NCBI GenBank assembly: GCA_002269645.1
Contig: NIVC01002003.1
Coordinates: forward strand, 124,001-188,000
Source of the DNA: Macrostomum lignano
Taxonomy: Eukaryota
Length of the DNA stretch: 64,000 nucleotides
Direction: 5' to 3'
Part shown: one piece after another, positions 26,157-38,165 of the stretch
How positions within the stretch are numbered: the stretch's first letter is position 1
Layout: each line of letters begins with the position of its first letter
Program-made: the position numbers and the translations under genes
Notes under the pieces: model-generated
What the model was told of the DNA's origin: nothing
Databases searched by the model: none
Seen by the model: only the letters and a program-made list of their open reading frames with translations

Positions 26157-27149
26157 TACTTTTACCCAGACGCAATAACAAAATATGTTGGCCATTATTC
26201 CACAGTTTTGATGTGTACCATAGACATTTGGATTGAAAAAATCATCGCACAGTATTTTTGTTAATAAATACAGAACAGCAAGAAGTAAATGATCAAAAAG
26301 GAAAAAAATCCTTTCCTTTCCTTTTCATTCCTTCTCGTTGCAACAGGAGTCGCTTTTCTCTATCGGGCGCACTTTCATGCTGACTGCGTTGCTTAGCCTC
26401 TCTACTTTAACTTCTGCGCTCTTGCGCTTACGTTTAGTCATGGAGGTGCTTCGAAATGTAAAAGTCTGACTTATAATTGAATTTTTATAAAGGACATATT
26501 CAAAAACGGACTAATATAAAGAAGCGATGGCTGAAGATTTTTTGTTGAGTGTCGCAAGAGCCGCAACTTAAACTGTGAATTTTTTCGATTATTCTCAACG
26601 ACAGACGATAAATCAGCCCTCACTGCGAAAAAATTGATCGAATTGGGGAAATACCAGTTTTTCACCTTTTCAGGTGCTTATAGCTAATGGCCAGCACAAG
26701 TTCATGCAGTGAAAATCAACCCATTAACCAATCGTCAGATTTTGTGCGGTTCACAATCAGCAACATCAACAAGTCGCCATCACAGAAGATTCCATCTGTG
26801 GTCGCCCCTTTTGAGAGTGCAGGTGAAGTCTCTCCATCTTTGCGACTCACGCAACTTGCTACGCCGCGGTAGGCTTGAGTTGAGGAAAGAAGTGAGGGGA
26901 ATTGCGGTGTGCGAGGGTTTTGTTGGATGGATTAAAAGCCACCCAATCAGTCTTCCCATGGGGGCTTAATGCGCTACAAGTATACTAAACAAATAATTTA
27001 AGAAAAATCTTTTTATAGTAGCTATATCTCTGCCTAGAGAATAGCAAATTAAAGCCTCCATCTAGCTTTTAAAGCTGTGTTTTTATTCAGTACGAGCGTA
27101 GAGCCTCTCCAATGTGTAGAAAAGATATGCTGGTATAGACTGAGCAGTG

Positions 27150-29400
27150 CCCGAGCAGTAATTTTTTTCTTATTATACATATACTACTGGTCCACCAAGT
27201 CCTATCACCTATTCATGCACTACTGCCTGTCCTTTTTCTTAGCCTCTCTCCATTGTCCATCCGTTCTATTATTTCAGGTCATCCTCCCACTGTTTTTTCG
27301 GTCTTCCTCTTCTTCCTTCACCTTCCAATTCTCCTTGACTATACAGGCATTTGCCATTGCTCCCTTCCTCGTCTGATTTGAGCTTCCTCCGCTTAATGAT
27401 CTCCTCCACAGTTTCTAGTTCCTTTCACAATACCTCTTTAACTTTTCTCCAGACCCTGGCTTTTGTCTTTTTCTCTTTTCATGAAATCCTTAGCATTCTT
27501 CTGTAACATTTCGTTTCAAACGCTTTGAGTGTCTGCATAATTTTCTTCCCCAGGGTCCATGCAGCTCTCGCACCCATAGAGCAGCGTCGCCTAGGTGACC
27601 GCCTTTGTAATAGTGAGGTGATTCTTCAAACCGACTCTACGGAAGTCGAAGTGTATCAAGCCTGATCATTGAGCTGGTTGCCGTCTGAAAACCGCAAGTT
27701 TTTTATATTCCTCCGCAGCTGATTCCGACCTCATCCAGTTCCTCAATGGGTTCTGTCATTATCCGTTCCAGGAAAGATTGCAGAGAGAGTAGGTTATGGA
27801 ACGCATCCTTGTCTCACTCCCACCGTTGCCCTAAACCAGTCGCTGCACTTGTCGCCTGCCATAACCTTGGTCTTAGCTTCTTCATACAGTCGCTTAATTA
27901 CTCTTGTGATGTCTTCCTCCGATGTTGTATTTTTTCATTGTGTGCAAAGCGCTTCGCGCCACATCTTGTCAAAGGCTTTTTTGAAGTCTATGAAATTGTG
28001 ACAAATGATCCTTTGGTGATTTCTAGCCTTTTCACACAATAGTCGCAAGTTAGTAATTTGCTCTGTAGTGCTCTGGTCCTTTCTGGTCCACTGTGATGGC
28101 CATTCTCCGCTTTTGAGGATTTTGTTGCAGAGCCTGTGCAATAAGTCACCATATTATCACTTGAATCAATTCTGCGTTGATGTTGTCCACTCCTGCACTC
28201 TTGTTTTTCTTTAGACTTTTTATTGCAGCCTCTACCTCTGATCTCAGAAACTCGCATTCCGGGTTTTCTTCCATCTCTCTCAACGTCTCCCCCAGCACGT
28301 TTTTGTCTACTTTCGTCTTTTGATTATACAGTTCGCTGCAGTGTTCTTTCCATCTTTGCACCACCTCTCGGCTTCCAGTTAGGGTCTTTCCTTCCCGGTC
28401 TTCTACAACATTCATTTGTTTTTTGCGTCTTTCCGTCAGGTTCTTGATTGTTTTATAGGCCTCTCTCGTGTTGTTACTCTCAAAGTTGCTTTCCACCAGT
28501 CTGGCTTATTCCTCTGTCCATTCTTCTTTTGCTGTTCTCAGCTGCCTACGCACTTACTTGTTTTCTTTTCTGTACTCGTCTACCTGTTTCTCCCCTCATG
28601 CCTTTTGCTTCGTAGCTCACGTCGCCTGTTGCAGCTATCGAGGACCTCTTTGGTAATCCATGGCTTCCTGATTTTCGACGCTTCCTCAGAACTTTATCTG
28701 CTGCCTCCGTCATGCCATTTGTGAATTCAACACACAAACTTTGTGGCTGCTGCTGCAGGTCTTCTGCGAGTAGTAGCAGAGCCGCAAGTCTAGATGCAAG
28801 TTGGCTCTGGAATGTTCTTGTCCTTCAGCTTCTCCAGGTCAAAGTATGTTCTACTTTTTACTACTCGTTACTTCGTGGAAAGTCTCAGCTTGACAGTTTT
28901 CGTGACGAGATCGTGGTCGCTGCCTTTATCCTACCGTCTGGTGCATTCCAAGTTACCCGCCTTGACTGTTTGCAGTCATGAAGAGTGTTTGAAGCCACCA
29001 TGCAGCTTCTTCCTTCCTGCAAATTCAAGCAGCTTCATATTGGACACCTCTCTCCAATTGTAGTGCTGAAAGGCTTGCTCGCAATCCTGATTGAGATGAT
29101 CCTTTCCAAAACTGGTGTGCACTGCAGTACAGACTTTGCGGCTCTCTTCTCCACTTTGAATCCAACTCCGTGCTGTTTCTTGCTCTCCTATCTGCAGTAT
29201 CATACCTTGTGTCCTTTCTCGGTTGGGTATTCTCCTGTTCCAGTCCAGCTCAGCTCTGATATCACGACCACATTCCATCCTTATATTCTCCGATTCTCTA
29301 TCCAACAGTTCTATTTTTCCAGGCTGGGATAGACATCTCACATTGCAAGTTAAAATCATCAAAGATATTCTAACTTTTGCTATACCTTGAGCAAATTGTT
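27150..29400 (-). mobile_element. Decayed, internally deleted RTE-clade LINE (APE endonuclease + RT fragments), copy A
   Basis: TCNVRCLSQPGKIELL (APE motif I), KKNKSAGVDNINAELI, FIDFKKAFD, NLRFSD and EGRRGRPKKQW-type C-terminus. Many stops and frameshifts. Confidence 0.85.
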
Positions 29401-31345
29401 CTGATCCTTCGATTTTCTTTACTGCCAACCAGCGCGGATTTTTTAATCTTCTAAATGACTGAGTCGGTTGCAAGACTTGGCTTATATTTTAAACCAGACA
29501 TCTGAGAGAGTCGGAGGGAGGAACATGCGCCGTCTATTTATAATCATGCATAGGTGGGGATGGGGTGCGCGGGGTAGATCATTTAAACAAAGGGTGGTTA
29601 ATACACAAAGGTGCTCGTTTAAACAAAACTATTACAACTTTAAATAAAATAACTTTGTTACGGCGGCACTTCAAATTAGGGCCTGCCTCATGTGTAAAAA
29701 GAAGTCAGTTTTTCGATTAAACTTTATAAAAATTGGGCTTATAATAAACTTCGAGAAAAATAATCATTAAGTTGCAGCGATCTGCGCACAGCATTAAGCA
29801 TAAGAAACTAACGCGTAAATAGTAACTAAACTTCACAATGGGTGGGCGATGTACATGTATGTTTCCTATAAAAAATTGTTTCTGCGTTCAAATGTACATA
29901 ACTCGTAAATACAGGTGCAGTCATCCTCAAAACTTTCAGACCGATTTTCGCATACATAATTTGTTCGAGACTGAAGACAAGAAACCTTGTTGAATCAATG
30001 TGTCACGTTTAGAATCAAGCAACTGACAATTAAGACTGTGGAAACTTAAAAGTTGAAGCATTATAACAAAGCTATACATTATATAAAACAGCCAATTATG
30101 AAGATAAACAAAGTACCGGCACTAACTTTGCTTATCATCAAATAATTTTTTAATTTGTAATTAGTAATAAAACATAAGCTTTTTTAAAGTACAGGAGTTA
30201 CTTTGCTATCGAATCAGTTGCCTTTAAAAATTTATGTTTCAGGCATTGTGGCGCCTAATTTAAAGCACTTTAATCTTTAATCTTTAATCTTTAATTTAAA
30301 GAATTTTACATTCTACACTTCCAACGCGCAGTTAAAGACTTTTCTCATTATAATTAATTGCATGAAATGAAAATACAAATTAGTATATAGAACATTATAT
30401 TTGCATCAAAATATAAATGATCGGGTAAAGTAGTTGTGTATTAAAATTCGCCATCGTGTTTACAATATTCCTTTTGTTTAACCAACCTTATACTGTTGTC
30501 GATGTCGATGCCCGGACTCATTCGCTACATGAGGATTAGGAAATAATAATTCAGTTCAGGGTGTCACGTAGACTGGAAACTGTCTTCAAAGTCGCCTTCA
30601 CGGAATAAAAATGATCGATCTTTAAGTCTCCTATACTCTTCCTCCCCAGTGAATACTTTCTCTGGTGCATGTGCTGTAAATACTATGCACTCAACTTTAT
30701 TAATTAACATGCAACTCATCTGTGACCCCAATATGGATATGCGAAATTCATCGACAACTGAGGATTAGGACGCTGTATACAGTCGCAAATTAAATCGGGC
30801 GAATTCCACTGGAGACCGCGGTTTCAGCTGCAAAGTGCACCGCGGCGAGATAGAAATTTTACGCATTTTAACGCTAAATTCACTCCACAATATTTCCTGG
30901 ACTTTATTATTTTTAATGCAACAAGTTCCTGTTTCTGTCCTTGATGCACTCATAAGTTCTTGTTTGTCGACCAAACTTGTCTATGGAAAAACCGCGTTTA
31001 GCGCTGCCCAGTAAATTAAATCTTTGCAAAGTTCGATTAGAAATCACTACCGTATTTTTAGCGTTGAAAAAAACCCCCTGTGTAGTGACCCCTGTGTACA
31101 CACAATTTCTTCAATTCTGGAACTTGAAAATTCAGATGCTGAGATATAGCGCTAATTCGGGGCTAAAAAACTGCAGAGATAGCACTTCCTATCCTGCTGA
31201 TACACTATGTAGCGAAAAACGGCTTTCAGCACAATTTGCTCGATTTGCGAGCGTTGCGTCCTACTTCAGCTGTCCATAATAACATGTCCTTGAGCTCGGC
31301 TCGATTCCTGTGCTTAAGTTGTCACCCCTCTGTTTAATAAAATAT

Positions 31346-32250
31346 TCACACTAAACCGTAGCCCATAAATTCACACAGCTGAATGGGCATGCCATTCTGA
31401 TTGACAATTCGAACGGAGCTGCCAATCCGCATGCAGGTGAAGTTGGCCACGGAGAACGGCACCGTCAGGCTCACTCGGTTGCACTCCAGGCCGTCTACCA
31501 GCAGGGAGAACTCGTTAAACCTGTCAGCGCAGCAGTCCTGCCTGTTGTAGATGGTCACGTGAGAGATCAGACTTTTGCTTGACAACTGGGCCTCCCACCA
31601 GGCGTCTCCAGAATAAGTGTGAGAGCAGGAACCAGTGAAGTAGTTCTGATCAGTGTTGCCATCGATGGCTTTGGAGCAGTAGGCCCCTCTAAACAGGGTG
31701 CTCTGATTGCAGCCAGTCAACTGCAGCTTAGAAAACTTGGAATTCTCTGCAAGATTTATTTTGTGTTAGCGGATACGAGCTATTAAGCAAATGCATGCAT
31801 GTTGTCTGCTATGGATCCATAAGGTTTTCCCAGGAAGTTCAGAGACTATAGTCATTGTCAACTTAGTGCCAGAGAACTGAAAACATTCTTACCGCTGAAC
31901 TGCTCAGCTGCTCCGAATGCAGGCCACCCCCGAAACTCACCGATTCCTCTCCCGAACACGCCGACCGACTGGACTGCGGCCTGCCAGGTCTGTCGGGTGT
32001 ACAGCTCCGTCATGTTGAACAGACGGCACAGGCCTTGCAGCCAGGCAAACCCGAAGCAGTCCGGTGCGTGGCTCAAGCATTGTAAGGCGCAGTCAGCATC
32101 GCTTCTAGCAGGAGACTCAAACAAGAAATTGGCTGGAAGCAGAGAGCTGTTGAGAACGATTTCGTTGAACTTGGCAAAATCGGTAGCGCAATCTACCTGA
32201 CAGGTAACCATGCCAATCAGGAGCAACACTTCCAGAAGAAACGAAGCCAT
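31346..32250 (-). CDS. Secreted PAN/apple-like + F-type lectin protein, copy B (~236 aa); exons 32250-31941 and 31746-31346
   Basis: Same architecture and phase-1 intron as copy A, intact frame. SKAIDGN, SCSHT, AWWE, YNRQDCCADR, LCEF. Confidence 0.9.
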
Positions 32251-33211
32251 TTGTTAATTTGCTTGGGTGTTCTAGTTGGGCGTCAGATACAGCTTTTTGG
32301 AAGAAAAATAATCGAGAAAATTGTTTTAATCATTTTTGTAAGGTGAACAGCTGACCAATCAGCGCCGAATTCCCTGCATCCAAGCTCTGGGATTGGGTGA
32401 CGCTTCATAATTCTCTTTGCGCTGATGAGCTGAGGCCGGTACTGAACAACAGGCCTTCCTACATTCAGCAATGAGGACTTATTCTACACCTCTAAAACTG
32501 CTCAGTAGTATAAATGTGCAGAATTCGTTTCAACACAAGCGTCAAAATAAGCGTGCTTCTTTCTGGTTTCCAATCCACCGATAGCTAGTATTGCTAGGAG
32601 TCCTTGTAAAATGGCATTCTCTTCCTATTCTAACTTGCATCGAGGTGAGCAGCCACGCCTCATCCACGGAAGCTGCAGCATGCCAGCTCATTAAAATCGA
32701 TGGCAAAGCATAAAGCCAGTTTTTTACTGCATGAATTCAACCCGTATAAAGTAGAGAACCCTCCCAATGGCTTAGAGTTTATTCTCTGCCAACTAAAAAT
32801 ATTTCTGTAAAAAATCACTCAACCTACAGAATAGCAATTTAAAATTGTGCTTCTTATTCCAGTTCAGCCTTTCCTGTATTGCACAGAGACGCTGACAGAG
32901 ACAGGATTAGGGAAATCAGGAAGCCTGGTGGCAGCGAATCTACCAATACACCTAAAAAATCCACTAAGTTCTAAAGTAGACAAACCAGTAGCCTAAACCG
33001 CAGGTACCACGCGTGTCCATTTATTTTAACCTAATTTTAACCAGAATTTTATTTTAACCTAAGTTAATATTCTATAAAATGTATTCAGCGTTTTAATGCA
33101 TTTTAGTCGTTTCAAAAAATACGGGAAATGCAATGCGGTCGTTAAAGACGGCAGTTAGCCAGCAGAAGGAGCCACAGTGAACCATCAAAGCGGAGCCTTG
33201 AGACCAAATTA

Positions 33212-34190
33212 CAAGGGGCGCCGCCGTGGATTCTATCGTGGGGGTGGACAAAGCCAAGAATTCTACATAAAAATGTCTTACATTACTTTGAGTATCAGTG
33301 TTGCTAGCACTCATTTTGGCGCCGCAAGAAGGCACTGATTTTGGCGCTGCAGGCAGGCACTCATTTTGGCGCCGCAGGCAGGCACTCATTTTGGCGCCGC
33401 ATGCACTGATTTTGGCGCCGCAGGCAGGCACTCATTTTGGCGCCGCAGGCAGGCATTCATTTTGGCGCCGCAAGAAGGCACTGATTTTGGCGCTGCAGGC
33501 AGGCACTCATTTTGACGCCGCAGGCAGGCACTCATTTTGGTGCCGCAGACAGGCACTCATTTTGGCGCCGCAGGCAGGCACTCATTTTGGCGCCGCAGGC
33601 AGGCACTCATTTTGGCGCCGCATGCACTGATTTTGGCGCCGCAGGCAGGCACTCATTTTGGCGCCGCAGGCAGGCACTCATTTTGGCGCCGCAGGCAGGC
33701 ATTCATTTTGACGCCGCAGGCAGGCACCCATTTTGGCGCCACAGACAGGCACTCATTTTGGCGCCGCAGACAGGCACTCATTTTGGCGCCGCAGGCAGGC
33801 ACTCATTTTGGCGCTGCAGGCAGGCACTCATTTTGGCGCCGCAGGCAGGCACTGATTTTGGCGCTGCAGGCAGGCACTCATTTTGACGCCGCAGGCAGGC
33901 ACTCATTTTGGCGCCGCAGGCAGGCACTCATTTTGGCGCCGCATGCACTGATTTTGGCGCCGCAGGCAGGCACTCATTTTGGCGCCGCAGGCAGGCATTC
34001 ATTTTGGCGCCGCAAGAAGGCACTGATTTTGGCGCTGCAGGCAGGCACTCATTTTGACGCCGCAGGCAGGCACTCATTTTGGTGCCGCAGACAGGCACTC
34101 ATTTTGGCGCCGCAGGCAGGCACTCATTTTGGCGCCGCAGGCAGGCACTCATTTTGGCGCCGCAGGCAGGCACTCATTTTGGCGCGGCAG
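33212..34190 (+). mobile_element. MITE-like element end (GGGGCGCCGCCGTGGATT...) containing a 25-bp minisatellite (GCACTCATTTTGGCGCCGCAGGCAG)n at 33305-34190
   Basis: 33212-33325 aligns with the reverse complement of 42584-42704; the array has about 35 units. Confidence 0.75.
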
Positions 34191-35400
34191 GACCAACGTA
34201 AAGTTAGCCGCATGCCCAGCCTCACATTTTTAAAACAGTTTGCTCCACCCGTGGAAATGACTTAAATCATAGCGAAAAACTACACTAGCTTGGTCCAGAG
34301 GGTTTCAGACCTTCCCAAAGTAAAGCCTTGGTTCTGGACACAAAATAAAATTCGTCAAAGCCGGAAAAATGCGGCTGGACCATTGGCTGGAATCCAGAAA
34401 GTGTAGGATGCGCTGAAAGTCTGGTCCACTTGCGGAATCTTGATTTCCTATCTATTTTGCATATTTTGGTACACTTTTGAGGCAAATCGGTTGGTTAACA
34501 AATATTCTACAGGCCTCCAAAGTTCGGAATTCCAACAAATTGGAACATTTCCCTTTCTGTGGCTTACGGAGGGTTACAAAATCTTGGTCCAAAAAAGGAA
34601 TATGAAACTACTACATCTGTTCTTTGATTTGACATAAGAAATGGCCGTCTAAACTCATGTCTTGTTGAGATATAGCCACATGAACAATGTAACCGTCAGT
34701 TGAGCACATTGTAAAAAAATAATCGTAAACACATTAGTCTGCTCTCTGCTGATATGAAAAGGTTTGGAATTCTCTGTCAACATATTAAAAGAAAGTATCT
34801 AGACCGCTGCGTTCTTGCTGCGTTCAATTTGTTAATCTACTTTTAATGCTCATTTTTAACACCGAACTCCAGTTAGACGCGTGCGCGAAGAACACAATGC
34901 AAAAGTACATGTAAGTGGAAAAACTGGGTCATCCAAGCAGGACACCCAATGCAAGATATTTATGTCTTGCACCCTTAATTTCAGGCGATTACCAGCTCTA
35001 GTTCATGAGACGCCCCTGCTCTGGTTCAGTGGGTGTCTCAGCTTTAGTTTTGGCGGCGCCTCAGCTCTAATTCAGGGAGCACTCCAGGTCTAGTTGAGGG
35101 ACACTCCTGCCTAGGTGTGAGCAGTCACAGACTACTAGTAGTTGTTGCACTGTGCATTAAGTCTTGATATTTAAGTTCTGAAGTACTGAACTGAAGAAGC
35201 GTCGGCTGTTCAGAAAAGGTGCAAAAGCATAATTAAACTGATTGCTGCTGTGTAAAACAAATTGGATGAGACGTGGATAGGGGTTAATGAGGACTCGGAA
35301 TGGGCACGGAGTGACCTTAAGGAGGATTTGTTTTGTTTTGAGTTTTTTCACTACATATACACGAAAACGTTAACATTCCAGACTTCCCATAGTTTTACAA

Positions 35401-36276
35401 TTACGAATAACACAGAGTTCTAATTATTCGCATCATCGCTGCGTCGCTGTTGCGATCGAAGCCCTGTCTCCTAAGAGGCGGTTGTGGCTGCGCTTGCACC
35501 AGTTGCGGTTTTCGGTGTTGCCTGCGGCGTTCTCTCAGCGAAGTCGACGATGGCGCTGACGCGTCGCGATGTTGATTGTGCTGTTGTTGCGATGCTGGCA
35601 GGTGTTGCTTTGGATTCTCCTGCTTTCGCCGGCTGGCTGTTGAAACAGATACGGTTGACTGCAGCACAGACACCAGCGTAACGACCTGTTGTTGGATCGC
35701 TTTTTTCTCGCCATTCTCAGCCGCGGAGTCTGCTGAGTCCAAATCGACATTAGGTGTCTGCTGTGAAGATGGCACCCAGTCGTTTTTGTTTAGTTGTTCT
35801 TGTCGCCACGCCGACCCCTTCGACTGGTCGCCAACTACAAAACTGCCGTCTTTGGCAGCCGACGCGCCTTTAGCACCCTCGTCATTGACCTTTTCAGGCT
35901 GGCCGACGCTCACGTCATCTTTCTTCCTTGTTACACCACCGTTCTCTTCCTCCTCACAGTCGCCGCCGCTCGCCTCAACCTCCTTGCCATCCTCGCTTTT
36001 GTCGCCTTCCTCCTCGCTGCTGGAGCCCTCCTCGCCGTTTTGGCCCTCTTCGCTGATGTCGCCCTCCTCTTCATCGGCAATTTGCGGTCTCTTTTGCCGT
36101 CTTGTAGAGACCCCTTTCTCAACGGCGACTGACTTGATGAGCGTCGCCCTACTCAAAATTGATGGCAAAGGCGCAATGCCGCAACAACAAGATGCAGAGG
36201 CCATAGTCGATAGACTGAAGGAAGACTTGACGCACGAGCAAAGCATAGCAGCCTGGAGAAGGGCCGTGTCGTACAC
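35401..36276 (-). CDS. Orphan ORF (291 aa) with acidic and Gln-rich low-complexity regions; possibly an exon or TE-derived
   Basis: Open 876 nt in non-repetitive GC-rich DNA with DEEEGDISEEGQNGEEGSSSEEEGD. No family recognised; the + strand is also open (35576-36403). Confidence 0.35.
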   Translation of the reverse strand: MYDTALLQAAMLCSCVKSSFSLSTMASASCCCGIAPLPSILSRATLIKSVAVEKGVSTRRQKRPQIADEEEGDISEEGQNGEEGSSSEEEGDKSEDGKEVEASGGDCEEEENGGVTRKKDDVSVGQPEKVNDEGAKGASAAKDGSFVVGDQSKGSAWRQEQLNKNDWVPSSQQTPNVDLDSADSAAENGEKKAIQQQVVTLVSVLQSTVSVSTASRRKQENPKQHLPASQQQHNQHRDASAPSSTSLRERRRQHRKPQLVQAQPQPPLRRQGFDRNSDAAMMRIIRTLCYS

Positions 36277-36423
36277 ATTGCACGATGTGACAAGATCAGG
36301 GTGGGTCTATCAGCAGGCGCAGCTACGCTGTGAAGTTTGCTGCATGGAAACCCGACTAGGATGGCCAGTCCAGACGAACCTACCGCGTGAATTCGGCAAA
36401 TAATTTCGAAACATAAAACTATC

Positions 36424-37282
36424 TGTGACGTTGCCAGTTTAAGGTGGTCCCGAAAAGGGCCGTTGGACTGCTGTTTCTCTATAGTTTCAACCCTTCAGTT
36501 TCACCGTTTCAACTAAACTTTTCCATTTGTTTATTGCGACGTTTACTTGTAGTAGTGCCCAACGATTTTGTGGCAATTTCTAATTCACTGTATATTTTGC
36601 TATCCTCTCTCGCGACCGTATAAAATTGGCACGATCGATAATTTTAAGTTCTCTCGCCAGCCAATGAAAACCACTCGTGCTTCGCGCTACCCCCACTCTG
36701 CGCTCCTTTATTAACCCCCCCCCCGCCTGGCGGCGGGCACTCCTCACTCCTGTCCGTCTTTTCTGTGCTTGTCTGTTCCTCCCTGTCTGTCCTTGGCCTT
36801 GTGTGTTTTTGCGCTCTTGTCTGGCTGCCTCGAGCCTCCTTATTTCTCGCCACGGCCCCTCTGTCTGGGCCAGCCTACTCACACGCTTACTTGACTGTCT
36901 CACGCCACGGCTGACGCCAATCTCGCCACTGCGTCTCACTGCCTTCACTGTGCTCATTGCCATTGCTCCTCACGTTACGTCGCCATTGCATCATTCGCCT
37001 GCCACTTGACTTCATATCCAAATTATATTCAACCCATTGTTGCAGCCGCCAGTGCCCAGAAAGCTATAGTTTGTGTATTGCCAGTAACAACCAAACCTAA
37101 TATTGATATTAACAATAAAGACAACTACGTCAGTTCCTGCCTTTATCGCCAAGTGCTCCGCTACAAAATCCGCTTTACAAGAGTTGACTTCAACTTATTT
37201 TGAGACTACGACTTACTGCAACGCTTGTTAAAACGGCCCTCTTAAGGGTCACAGCCATAGCCGCTACGCCAATAACGTGACA
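36424..37282 (-). mobile_element. Solo LTR, 859 bp, 4-bp TSD TATC (Gypsy-like signature)
   Basis: TGTGACGTT...AACGTGACA termini; TATC at 36420-23 and 37283-86. Confidence 0.75.
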
Positions 37283-38009
37283 TATCGTTCATAAGCATTT
37301 GATTAACTTTCATCACTCAGCACCTATTACAGTTTGCTATTAACCATTTATATTTTGCTATAATCATTACTTTTGTACATTCTTGTTATTAAATTTTGCA
37401 ATAAACCATTTGTATTATAATCACTATACCTTTTGTATATTTTTTTCGATAATCGGTTCTTTTGTTACACATGTAACTATTTATATTTGTTGCTACAAGT
37501 ACTAGTAAAACACTTTGTTGCTATCGGTAAACTGTAATATTGCCGTATTTACTCTGCACTTTTACCTTTCACTTAACGATTAATAATTTTTTCTCACTTA
37601 AATATTCGAAAATTAAGTAAAGGGAAGCCAGCTGAAGTAGGGTTTGGCTAATCTCCACTCTATTACTATAAGTAGCTTTATGCAAAATAAATTTACCGAC
37701 CAATCATAGATTTTTTTCTATTATTTAATCCTAGTTTTGTTAAAATCTTAATCTAATTTTGTTTTAAGTTGTCCCCGCCAATTACGTTGCACCCCCACCC
37801 CCCATGATTTCTATATAAAGGCTTCGCCTGGCATGAAAATAAAACAACTTCGCGGCGAGCTCCAGTTTATTCCTAGCTTGCCTCTTTTGCTAAAAGAACA
37901 TTTTTGCTGAGAGCTGATCTTTGCTTATTCAGTTTTATTACAAAGTAGAAGCTAAGGATAAAAAGCCGTACAGGCGACAGAGGTCGTATAGACTCGGGGT
38001 AGGAACTGG

Positions 38010-38165
38010 GAAAACAATGCGACCAGAAGCCACATAGGCTCAGAGGGGCAAAGCCGTACAAGGCGACAGAAGCCGCATAGGCTCAGAGGGGCAAAGCCGT
38101 ACAAGGCGACAGAAGCCGCATAGGCTCAGAGGGGCAAAGCCGTACAAGGCGACAGAAGCCGGAGA
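38010..38165. repeat. 43-bp tandem repeat, ~3.5 copies (GCGACAGAAGCCGCATAGGCTCAGAGGGGCAAAGCCGTACAAG)
   Basis: Period 43 (38041 and 38084); no spacers. Confidence 0.9.

Noticed and set aside
33093-34265. ORFs with AGTHFGAAGRHSFW repeats
   Set aside because: Translation of the 25-bp minisatellite.
38010-38165. CRISPR-like appearance of the 43-bp repeats (also the 30-35-bp arrays elsewhere)
   Set aside because: Units are directly abutting with no unique spacers, there are no cas genes, and the context is eukaryotic.
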